A stretch of 64,000 nucleotides of DNA from Trichoplax adhaerens. Its lineage: Eukaryota > Animalia > Placozoa. The notes beneath the pieces were generated by a model that did no database searches, was not told the origin of the DNA, and was given only the letters and a program-made list of their open reading frames with translations. Positions within the stretch are counted from its first letter, which is position 1, and every line of letters starts with the position of its first letter. Below, piece after piece: positions 52,905 to 64,000 of the stretch. Made by a program: the position numbers and the translations under genes. The stretch covers positions 9,394,209-9,458,208 of the forward strand of contig NW_002060943.1 in the NCBI RefSeq assembly GCF_000150275.1. Direction: 5' to 3'.

Positions 52905-55900
52905 TACTGGATAGAACTTACTTTCACATAATCAGCAGTTATCGGTTATTACTTGCACTGGGTTGTTTAATTAATTTGCTAGTGTACCATGTCTTTATAA
53001 TATTGTTAGTATGGCGTTTGCTACTTAAAATTGTAGTCGAGCAACAATTTCGCAAGTACGCATGTACAAAATTTTCCAAACTTGCTAGATTTCGCACTAG
53101 TCAAATATATCACTTAACCATAGCATCATTTATAGTCAAACTTTAAAGCTTTGCCACTTGCAGTTGGTGGTTGTGTTCTTATCATGAAGAAGTACATTAA
53201 GATATACGCTAATTTCCTATTAGAAGTATTAAAAATTATCTTTTCGCAATTAAGTTACACGAGTGCTCAGATGTTTTTATAATTTATGTAACTTTAACTT
53301 GCCATGTTGTTGCATTATCTTAGTTAATTTTGTGTTCAAAAAAGATCGCATAACACTACATATTAAATTTTTTATCGAAATTCATGTGGCAGTCTTATTT
53401 TGCAATGATAACTTATGAAAAATAGTATTTCTATTACTGTACGGGCTCCATACACGGACAGTGTCTACATTTTCGTATATTCGGAATCTGGACTACAATT
53501 TTCGGCTGAGCTCATGTAGCGATTGATACCCTAAATATCTGTCCCTTACCTATACCTTTCAATGCCGGTTAAATACTTCGTAAAGCAGTATCGACGTAAT
53601 TTTATCTTTCATTAATAAGGAAATCTCCTGCCTTAGTACTTATTCAGAGTTATACTTATACCCATTGTAAACAGATTGACTTTTAGTATTATAGCTTTAG
53701 ATAATGGATGGAAGACTGTAATAGTGCTTTAGTGAGATATTCAATTTAGGGAATAAAATCTGCCATGTTATATCTCGAAAAGCACATGCGCTAAATTTAC
53801 TAAAGCGGATCAGAAATAAAGACGAATAAATTTAAAAGACTCGATTGTACAATATACAAAACTTTGCGTCTGAAATGTCGTTTCACTTCTGTGTTAAAAA
53901 ATTTTTGTATCCGAATTCGTAATCAAATTGATTTAAATGTACGCATATGTACGTTCAGTGATGGAAATTTCTTTATAGAATGAATTTAAACTTCGCGACA
54001 CATATCGCAATATTGCGACTAATTAAGAAATCTTAAAGAAAATACTAATTACAGTTCTAGTACTATCATCGCAGTAGGCGACATAGGATAGCCTTGCAAC
54101 AAATCTGAGTAACTGGCTGTAGGCGCATCACTACTATAGCCGAGCTAATCACATTTTCGATAGCAGTCAATCTCTCAAGATTCCAGTAAATCTGGCTATA
54201 TACTAGCTCGTATACCCTCCATCAGTGATTCAGTACCGTTGTAAATTTGGTAACCGAAACATTTTAAATTTAAATCCGAAATAAATATATTTCACTCTTA
54301 AATAGTTATCTATTCAGATTCTAATGTCATAACCTGAATTTTATACAGATGCCGAATATTATAAAACATGCTTTATGATGTTTCGAGCATAACATATATT
54401 AACGAAGGTAAAAATTCAGATCAATCCAATAAATCGTGGCTCAATTGAAATTCCTTATCAATAAAGGATCTAGTATATTAACTACCATCCATTGTGAATC
54501 GAAGTCACATCGCGTGTATGTATATTCGCGCGTACTAATAGTAAAAGCGTCAAAATGACTACATTAACTTTCATACCGGCTTCTGGAGCAAACAGTGTTC
54601 ATAAACTTTAATAATTACTTAGCGAAATGTGCTGCTTCATAAAATTAATTAATATACCGTACCAATTAAAGTAGTAATTTGAAATAGTGTTCCTATAGCT
54701 TAGAGCCTCCATAACCTTAGTCCTGAACGTGTATGCAAATTTCCGTATCAAAGCATGATAATTCTTTTAGTCTTCATAAATGTTCTTACAATTATAGTTT
54801 TATATCATTTTAACATTTTTAAATCTAAAAGATTTATTTCTGATTACTTAATTAAGTAATCAATCAGATACTGCATACTTTTATTCGAATTTATTTAGTC
54901 TTCGTTTACAGATTGGTTATACAGTATATCGTATCAACAATTATTGAAATTTAATATGATCATACCATCATATCAAGTTTCTATACCTTAGAAAACGAAT
55001 ATACGCATATGTATGGGGATAGAGGAAACAAACAATTGCATCTGTATAAATCAATAAACAGTTGAACACCATTCAAAAGATCAATGTAGTTGCTAAATAG
55101 CTGATCTTACTATGTAACGCTCTTATTTCGATACAGACTATGCGATTCCAGCCTAAGACAGTTCTAGTCTCCTAGAGATTTACAGGAAAAATTAAAAGTT
55201 AACGTACCTTTCATATTAATGATAGGTAACATGGACATAACGTATCTATCAATTCAGTAGTTAACGACAGTCGAATAGCTTTAAAGCATACTAGCATAAA
55301 GCCTGCTTGCTTCGAAGTGACTTTATTCGGCTGAAGATAATACCTGCTATACTAGCAGCGGCTATAGGTTGCTATACGAATAAAAATATTTAGTGTTTAT
55401 GCAAGATAAAATTGCAGTTCTACGTCGGTTCTTGCATAATATTATTACGTATTATATAGCATAAACCTACGGCTTATGACATACTATTTCCGTAACGATT
55501 TAAGAAGTACTTTATGGTGTACCTACAAGTAGTTACAATATATTGCTAACTACGAAAGCATAACGCCACCTGAAACTAGGTTTTTTAAGCCCATAATAGG
55601 TTCTAAATAGATTATGAGGCTACACACTGTTAAAAAAAATCGAAATAAAAAGACCAAGCGATGATCGATGAAGAGCTTATGGACGCTAACAGCCGCTTAG
55701 CATAGTAAATGGCACCTTAAAGTTCTACTCCTTTAGTGCTACTTTGCTTGAATATTTGATATAGCCGATACTAAGATGCTCAACCATGTGTAGTGACAAT
55801 CTAAATTTGAAACTGCATTTCCTGCCATTCTGTATATACAACCTGAGATTTCGCTATAGATTACTTAAGTCCATAGGCCACATAAACCCACATAAAAAGC

Positions 55901-56035
55901 TGCGAAGGCGTAGAATGTTCATGATAGTGTCACTTTCAAACTTTCGGTAAGATGTAATCTATGGTGAAACTTATAGTTTCCTAGGATTTACAGAGGTATT
56001 TAGGATACTCGCATTTTTAACACAAATGATATAAC

Positions 56036-57256
56036 TTAAATTACAGTAGATTCATCATTATCAAAGGCAACGTTTCTCATCTTATACTTTTGGTAAGACT
56101 TTTGCTTGCTAGTCGGTGATATTTGATCAGTGTTAATATTATCACTATAGGGTCTTTCCTCTACCATTAAAGCCTTTGAGCGTAGAGGTGGAAGTGTATT
56201 TCTTCGCTTGATTCGCGATTCCGACTCAAGGGGATGCAATGGATGTTTTGACAGTTCATTTTGATAGTGAAAAAGGTTTCGCTCGTTCATTGAGCTAGAG
56301 TGTTGCAGTATCCCTTGATCAAATAAAAATAAAGGCTCAGAGGGCAAGCTGTGCGGCAATTGATCGTTATAAAACGTTAATTTATGCGGTTTGCCATGTA
56401 GTGCATCAGTGGCCACATCGCTGTTATGACGAGATCTGAAATTATTAGAATAAATTTCTGGATGATCCTTTCTCTGTAGTTGTGGCAGCGCACTACTATT
56501 TGGCCTGTTTACGAGATCTTCAGAACATTTTTCAGTTGATAATCCATATAATTTTTGACTACTCTTAGTATCAGTTATAATGGCAGAATTACGATTATGC
56601 CAATATTCACTGCTCATCGAAAAAAAATTCGTGCTTTCGGTTACTATTGAAATATCGGATGATTGAAGTCCTTGACTCGAATTATTACAGAAGACAGAAG
56701 AATCACGATAATCTAATCTGTCTGCTTGACTGAATTCTATTAGTTCACTATTCGGCTGCATTTTCAGCTTGTCAACAAGATCTTTTAACTTATGACTACC
56801 GTACTTGCTTTCTAAGAGCTTTCGTTCGTCCTTCCTTAATGATATTCTGTTATTTCTAAAATACGATAGCAATGTTACTACAGCGTCCGTATTGTTGGCT
56901 CTTATGGCTGATGTTAATGCTGTATCGCCGTCATGATTAATCAGTTGCGATTTCGCGTGATGTTCCAATAGCATCCTAATAATATTCGCATTAGTAAAAT
57001 TTTGGCAAGCTAAAATAATTGCTGTATTACCACGATAGTCTGTACAATTCGGGTCAGCATTTCTGTCCAGAATAAACTTGATCATTTTTTCTCCAGATTC
57101 AGTCCATTTAACGTTATTTCTGCAAGCTACCATTAAAGGAGTTTGCTTGTTTTCATCTTTGGAATTAATATATGCTCCTCCGTCAATGAGTACACGAGCT
57201 AAGCGCAATTGTCCTTTAGATACTGCTTCCATTAAAGCTTTGCCTTCCGGACTCAT
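56036..57256 (-). CDS. ANKRD34: Ankyrin repeat protein, ANKRD34-like, single coding exon (406 aa)
   Basis: EGKALMEAVSKGQLRLARVLIDGGAYIN...TPLMVAC...ADPN matches recalled vertebrate ANKRD34 ([28 protein letters not shown]). Four ankyrin repeats are followed by a Ser-rich low-complexity tail. Confidence 0.88.
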   Translation of the reverse strand: MSPEGKALMEAVSKGQLRLARVLIDGGAYINSKDENKQTPLMVACRNNVKWTESGEKMIKFILDRNADPNCTDYRGNTAIILACQNFTNANIIRMLLEHHAKSQLINHDGDTALTSAIRANNTDAVVTLLSYFRNNRISLRKDERKLLESKYGSHKLKDLVDKLKMQPNSELIEFSQADRLDYRDSSVFCNNSSQGLQSSDISIVTESTNFFSMSSEYWHNRNSAIITDTKSSQKLYGLSTEKCSEDLVNRPNSSALPQLQRKDHPEIYSNNFRSRHNSDVATDALHGKPHKLTFYNDQLPHSLPSEPLFLFDQGILQHSSSMNERNLFHYQNELSKHPLHPLESESRIKRRNTLPPLRSKALMVEERPYSDNINTDQISPTSKQKSYQKYKMRNVAFDNDESTVI

Positions 57257-60200
57257 TACCGCACAATAACATTAGTTACTAGACGAGAATAGGATAGAAA
57301 TCAAATTTTATGATATAAAAATGAAACTACAGTTCATACGCGAAAGGAGTTCCTTATAACTTCAGATGTTATTAACAGTTTTAAGGGATACGAACAAAAT
57401 ATTTTCCACGGATCATAAAATAGGCGTCTGATGTTTGAACACAACTATAAAACAGAGTGTTATGGCTAAACTGGATTTCCTCGAAAATTTTCTTGTAAAT
57501 AAATTTAGATTCTAGGATATAAGATCACAAACACATCAACTCTCTACTTTATTAGAAGTATCATATTTCGTAATAAATTTGTGAATATATACCACATTCG
57601 TAATTTGTTAAGTTAAATATCAAACAAAGAGACAAAGTGGATCATCTTCAGAGACTTGATGGATTAATAAATAATACATATACATTTACGTCTTAATAAT
57701 AGTATGTTTTAGAAGTCTAATGTTGTTATCGCCGAAACTAGTCGAATATACTATCATCAAGACTTCGAAACATTGTCTAAAAAATCGTGGCGACTGATCT
57801 CAAGATTGTCTTCTAATTAATATTAATATGGTTCCGGTCTATTCACTATTCAGTTTTAGCAAAAGATGGGTATAATAAATTATTGATATTATTCACAGTT
57901 AATTCAATATATTTATTACTATAAACAAAATTGTGATACATAGTACATTACTACAAACTGCTATGAACTACAGATCATTGAGCAAGCTATCAATCGTGTA
58001 ATGATCTCGTATTACAGGACCATAACATTACTATTTCTTTATGTTTTGTATAGTAGTATGTATATTACAGTATACTGAGTAAAAATATAATATTTTATTG
58101 TATGTATATTTAAATTATTACTCTTATTATGATTATTAGATGCGGTAACATTTAGCTTTATGTTCTACATATACTGCACTTGTGGATTTGATGATGAGAG
58201 AAATATTTACGATGTGACTTTATGCTACTAACATTAAGAATAAAGGAAAAGTAATAAAATATATGCAAAATAAGTGTACTCCGTTCCTTTACGTTCTTAA
58301 GCTCTATCACATAACATTACGCGTCGGTCTCGTTATTGCTACCCCCGTCAGTAATTAATAATACGCATTACGGTATATTTAATTAATTATATCGATAACT
58401 ATTGATACCAATTTTAAGTATATTTACTCTGAAAATAATGACAGCATTTACTGTAATCGGGTATATACCTAAAGTGTATAGTATCTGCTGTATAGAACGT
58501 GTATATATATAATTTCTTCGACGTGCTCACAAAATGTTAACATTTGATACAGTCCCGTGGACATGATATAAACCATAGAAGCATGATGATGTGTGCTATA
58601 ATATTCTGTCATTAATTGCTATCATAAAGCATTGATAAGTAAAATGATGATAATTAAATTATACGATAGAACTATACACAAATTATAAGAAGTCCCTATT
58701 GATAAAGAATTCTAGTAAGCTGAAATTAGAATATTATTCATTTTTATAAGGTGAACTATAAAGTTCGTGCACTCGTAGGATGCTATACACATAATCGTAA
58801 ATATAAATGCAACGACATATTATGGATTTATGATCTTTCTTATTTAAAAAAGTTAAATTTCCTAAGATCCTAATACTTGCGAGTAAAAAAATATTTATGA
58901 AATCATCTCGTGTATTGAATCATATTGTATACAAGTATGTATTGAAGTATGAGAATGACTTTAAAAATAGTAAAAATGTATATATTCAATTTCGATTGCT
59001 GATAGATTACAATCCTGTTCCTATTTATAGTTCACACTTAAGAAATTATGAGATATCTGTACAATCTCTGTGCTACAGATCAACCAAGTCAAGAATGAAG
59101 AACGTGCATTTCATATATGATGCTTATCCTTCCTTTTTGTTTCATTTTTAAACATGAAATTACGTTCTTCGTAAAATCAATTTCTTATGCCTTAAATATT
59201 TTGGAGACAAAATGTTGGGTAAAAATCCTGCGATATCCTCCTAGTGTGCGTGATAATAGAAACGAAAGGGGAAACGTTAATTTCTTTATGATAAAAGAAA
59301 TCCGTAAATCCTTTCTCATTTCCAAAAAATAAATATCGATATTTGAAGGATTCAAAAGCTATATCAAAATTTTTCTAATAGTATCGTCACAATGTAAAAC
59401 AGTCTAATTCCTCTGTATTGCGCAAGTCGAAGTATCTTTTTATCATATTTTCTAAAGAATAACTTAGTCGCGCATAATATGTATACCGAAGTAATATCCT
59501 TTTACATATTATTGTATTGTAACAACACGATTATCCATTATTATAGAATGTATTAAAAGTATTGAAAACTTCTTTATATATATCTTAACAATCAGAAATG
59601 CTAAAAAGTTGAGACTTCTGTACACTATTTCAAGACGATTTCATTTCATACCTAAGATTTTTATACCTTATCGAAACAAGCCACAATAGCGTATACGCTC
59701 GTTTTATCTAATTATCTAGAACTTACCATACTGTACAGTACAACCCTATAAATAATGAGTTACGTTATGTTTACTTAGTATCTGTTGTGAATACATTTTA
59801 ATCCCCAAATTGACCATAATAAGAATATCAGCAACCAAAAAGATTAATAGAGATCGTTATGAAAAAGAACAGTTTCGAAAAGGTATTTTTATCAAAGAGA
59901 AGAGGTACTTTGTGGCCATACAGATCAATATAAGTAAAGGATCGGTTGCATATTTTAATTTACGTAAAATTATCCCTTTGGACCGAGAGTTATGAGAACA
60001 AACCTTACTGAGTAAAAACTCCAATTTCATTATAAGTAATTTAAAGTTCCTTATTTGTTTATTGTGCTATGGAAGCACCGTAGTTGGTCTATAATTCTAA
60101 TCTCTATATCAGAGTTGGCATCTGTCACAAACAGCTTTGCAACAAGATAACGTAATATACGATCAATAAGTCAACTCCTCGAACCACATATCAAGGAACG

Positions 60201-61089
60201 ATATCTGCACTATCACAAACACTTTTGCTCTACTAGCAGACTACACAAAGACTTAACTAAGTTGGAGAATTCTTTTTATTTCACGATATACTGCATTTAT
60301 ATACTACTCCTCAATAGTTTAGGAGTCATAGTTAATACAATTAACCTCGGAATCATTTACTGAATTAGATATTAAGTTTAGCTACTGCTCCCTTAATGCA
60401 GACAACAGTATTTACGAATATAGACATGTAATGACTAATACAGAATAGTCAGATTACGATATGTCCCATCACGGAACATTTCCATGATAATTTACAATCT
60501 ACCATAAGTAAATTACAATATAATGATTCGAACTGTAAGTAGATGATTTGCATTCCCTATTATAACTATTAATTTCAGTATGTGTATAAGTGTCACTGTC
60601 ATAAAAAGTCAGTGCTATATTAAAACACAGTATATCCAAATTAGAAATTAACTAAATAAGGATAGTCTAACAGAATTATCCTAACATAGATATTTCTACT
60701 GTAATACAGTATTTAACACTGTAACAGCATCATAAAAGGTAGTGAAAATATTTTAATTACTTCTCAGAGCACTTCGACAAGTTAAATTATTCACATGGAG
60801 CAAAATTTACTTCTAATTGTTAATCGGATTTTGAATCAATAAATATCGAAGTAATTTAGTGCAGATACTCGAATCAACTACAGATGATCAAAAATATTTA
60901 TAATGATGGCAAGTCTGAAAAGGATACGAGCATTGTGCATCGTAGTTTATATTGAGTATGCATAGATGATGTGATGTGTGCTTCTAAACAATATACCATT
61001 ATACATATTAAATACAACGAGGAATATTGCTCAGATATTTATGTGTCGGTACTGTATTTCGCATACAACAGACGCTATGTTTACTAAGG

Positions 61090-61298
61090 TGACGTCGGGT
61101 ATATAAAAGCAAGGTTCTTACTACCATTCATCAGAAATGAAGAGTAAGGCTATCAATAATACCATGAACTATATACAGTAGACTATAGAGACTTTGGATT
61201 ACTTACTGCTATATATCATACTGCTATACTACGTCTTCTACCAATATAGGCGTACATATATATTGCATGTATTACTAGGACTGTATTTATTAGCATCA
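61090..61298 (+). other. Candidate 5' end of a TATA-driven gene with two tiny exons (ATG 61137-61143; 61250-61298), frameshifted as assembled
   Basis: TGACGTC at 61090, TATATAAAAG at 61100-61109, ATGAAGA|GTAAG, acceptor TATAG at 61245-61249, and donor TCA|GTAAGT at 61299. Confidence 0.4.
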
Positions 61299-64000
61299 GT
61301 AAGTACATAATATAATTGCTAGATAGTTTATTATATGATCTTTGATATAAAATATGTTTACACGTACAATTATATACAAAAAATTAGGGTTTAACGTTTT
61401 ACCTTACATAAATACAACTCGATTTCCCTTACTTGTGGTGCACAATGCCATTAATTAATAAACTACTTGAGCATTCTCGTTGTTAACTTAAGAAGGCTTA
61501 GTTCTCTTTTTCCTTGATATACTAGTTCTATTATGATCATTTATAATTGTAATTGGTTGAATGTTGTACTTATATTCCCGAAATAATAACCAGTTACTCT
61601 CATAACAACATAAAACTTCAATTTATCCTTGTAAACAAGTTTTTCTTATACCACTTTCACTCTAAATTACTGTGTCATTCGATGATATTTTTGTTCATGA
61701 TTATATCTTTACTCTTTCCGCTAATAAGCTACTAAACTACGATTAAGCCCAGTCGAACGAATTTCCTAATCTTTTATTTATCGTATTAGACAAGGAATAT
61801 TCTAATTATGAAGCGACTTGCTATGATCGATAATTAATTATCAAATGGAGTAGCCAGTCTATAACACCGTTTTACTATCAGTGCACTGTGAAAAACCCAA
61901 AAGCGTGGATATACAGTAGTATAAATTTTCAAATTTACCTTATTAATAGCTACTTCAGTTCAGCAGACCCTTGTTTGGAAGTTGGTTGTAATTTACCTTA
62001 CGTAATTGGATGCTATCAGTTATTCATTTTTATGATGATTTTAATTGTTGCTAATGTTTCGTTAGTAAGTATATTATTGTATCTCATTAAGCGTATGCGT
62101 ACTAATTTGGGTACATGGAGACACATTAGCGCCAATATTGTAATATTTCTAGCTAAAACTGAAGTGACCCGCGCGAGATATGGTTATATTTCTATTGGAA
62201 TTTGATATTTAGCTGAGGGACAGATTCCGTTTAATGCATTCGTACAAGCATTCACATTTTACTATTTGAATCGTAACATACGCGTATAAATCTTTGTAAA
62301 ACGAAAATATTCTGCAATTTTTACCTTCAGATGATTCAGGAATCCTATCGTGCCAATAATATATAAATATTAAAATCGACCTTTAATTATTGGATAGAAA
62401 CAAAAAATCAAAATTTAGAGTGTTAAAAAAAAATTTTAAATAATCACTGCGACGTATGTAAATGAGTTGCTTTAATATGAGTTTTTGTTTTCAATAGATG
62501 CGTATGTTTCTAACCTTTAGAGGTAAATTAGTGTATGCTCGTATAAGACGATTAGTAATACATATTCTAATCTGATAGTTATCTGTAACCTGCCACTTAC
62601 TTCAAAATCTATTGTTCGATTCCTTTTATTTATAGAATGACCTATACTTCGAGTTTTTGTACACAAAGTTTATTGTTGAGCTTCTTGTATCATATAGGGA
62701 ATGGTATCAAGTTTAAAAATTACGCAAGTATCGATTAGTAAAGCAATACCATAGACTACAATCAAGCCGTAGAGGAATTCTTACCATGCTATAGCGTAGA
62801 TGGAAATATGCCTTTAAATTACCATGGTTTTCGTTACCTAAAGAAGATGGAATACTATCACTATTATTATTACGAGGCAATTGTTATGAAGAGGTATACA
62901 GTATCTAGGATTACTGATAACAAGCTAAATCTAAGGTAGGTATTCTAATTTTATGATAATGCCTGTAAATTTTTTTGTTTGGAAAGTGAAAGGCTTAAAT
63001 TGGTATAGAATTTCGGTAAGGTCTGGATTTCTTTTAATCCAGATAATTACTAATAAGCTATAACATTAAATTTTCTAGGTCATATCAGTAACATTCTCGA
63101 ACAACTAGAGAATCAATATCGACTTCTAAACTTTAATGTTCATAGTTCTATTAAACTTGAATGGCACAATAGGGTCTGTATCCAGAATAGCTTCTAATAA
63201 TATACTTAAACTTCGAAGGTATTCAATAATTTGATTATTTTACATTAAATGTTAAAATTTCGTTTCAGTTAAGCAATATTTTTATTATATTTCTGCGATA
63301 TAGTTGTATAAATACATTGCGAAATTTTCATTTGCTAGCAAACAGAAGAAGGCATAAAGACATATTCTGTCATCTCAAATGGTTATCATAGGTTCTAAAT
63401 TTGTAACCAGTCTTTAATCTCTATGAGAAAGCTCGTCCAGCTGATATTAAATTATAGATATTTCAATATACAGCTATATTATTTAGATGGTTGACTTACT
63501 AGCTCGCACTAATTGACCACTTTGTACACAAGTGCAATCAGAAAGTCGATAGTAGATTGATGAGTATATGCGAACATTCCTTCTAAAATATTCTTGAGCG
63601 AGTCATATGAACTCCATTTATAATTCATTAATATATTTAAAACTAGACGAAATTAAGCTATTTATAATGTAATAAATGCTCCTTAGTTTAAATATTAGAA
63701 ATTATGTGAATGAGGTAATCCAAATAATAACTAACGTATCGCGCAAGGATTAATGTCAAGTTATTATATGTTATAGTTATGCATTCGAAAGAATCAAACA
63801 AACAAGTAGAACAAAATAAAGTTATTTATTATTCTACTGCACCACAAAGTTAACTGACAAAGAAAAGAATTATTGTAGAGCAATACAGCTTAAATAATAA
63901 ATACATATTATAATTCACCCACGATACAGAACATAGCTACAATATGCTATATCTTAGAACTATCGTATCATACCGAAAAAGTACGTAATCAACCACAGTA

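Noticed and set aside
57300-61000. Short ORFs at 58897-59995
   Set aside because: AT-rich, with no motifs and no coherent splice pattern.
1-64000. tRNA, rRNA or transposase genes
   Set aside because: GTTCGA-like words (e.g. ~2875, ~2981) lack cloverleaf context, and no rRNA, transposase or reverse-transcriptase signature was recognised by eye; tRNAscan-SE and Infernal were not run.

Overview
AT-rich, compact eukaryotic genomic DNA with many short GT-AG introns and metazoan genes. The style is most consistent with a placozoan such as Trichoplax (inference only). Eight protein-coding genes could be reconstructed by manual splicing: dymeclin (DYM, - strand, running off the left edge); an inhibitory Smad6/7 (+, divergent from DYM); TMA7 (+); CFAP276/C1orf194 (+); a very large CCDC162/C6orf183-like gene (-); an SLC41 Mg2+ transporter (+); a homeodomain-less ceramide synthase CERS1 (+); and an intronless ANKRD34-like gene (-). 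The window also has two minisatellite arrays, each just upstream of a gene, a segment duplicated on both sides of a 50-N gap (5 versus 9 repeat units), and palindromic TACAGTACTGTA-rich tracts clustered at gene 5' ends. Most notable: (1) a GTCTAGAC + CACGTG module in the I-Smad promoter that mirrors the mammalian SMAD7 feedback element, plus a bipartite BMP-type site in intron 2; (2) DYM next to an I-Smad, as with human DYM-SMAD7; (3) a ~31-bp pre-miRNA-like hairpin in SLC41 intron 1 whose substitutions are all G-U wobbles on the sense strand; (4) RFX X-boxes ahead of CFAP276 and CCDC162; (5) a TATA-driven micro-exon gene whose signal peptide is broken by a 2-bp slip. All homology calls are from recalled protein motifs; no database search was run.
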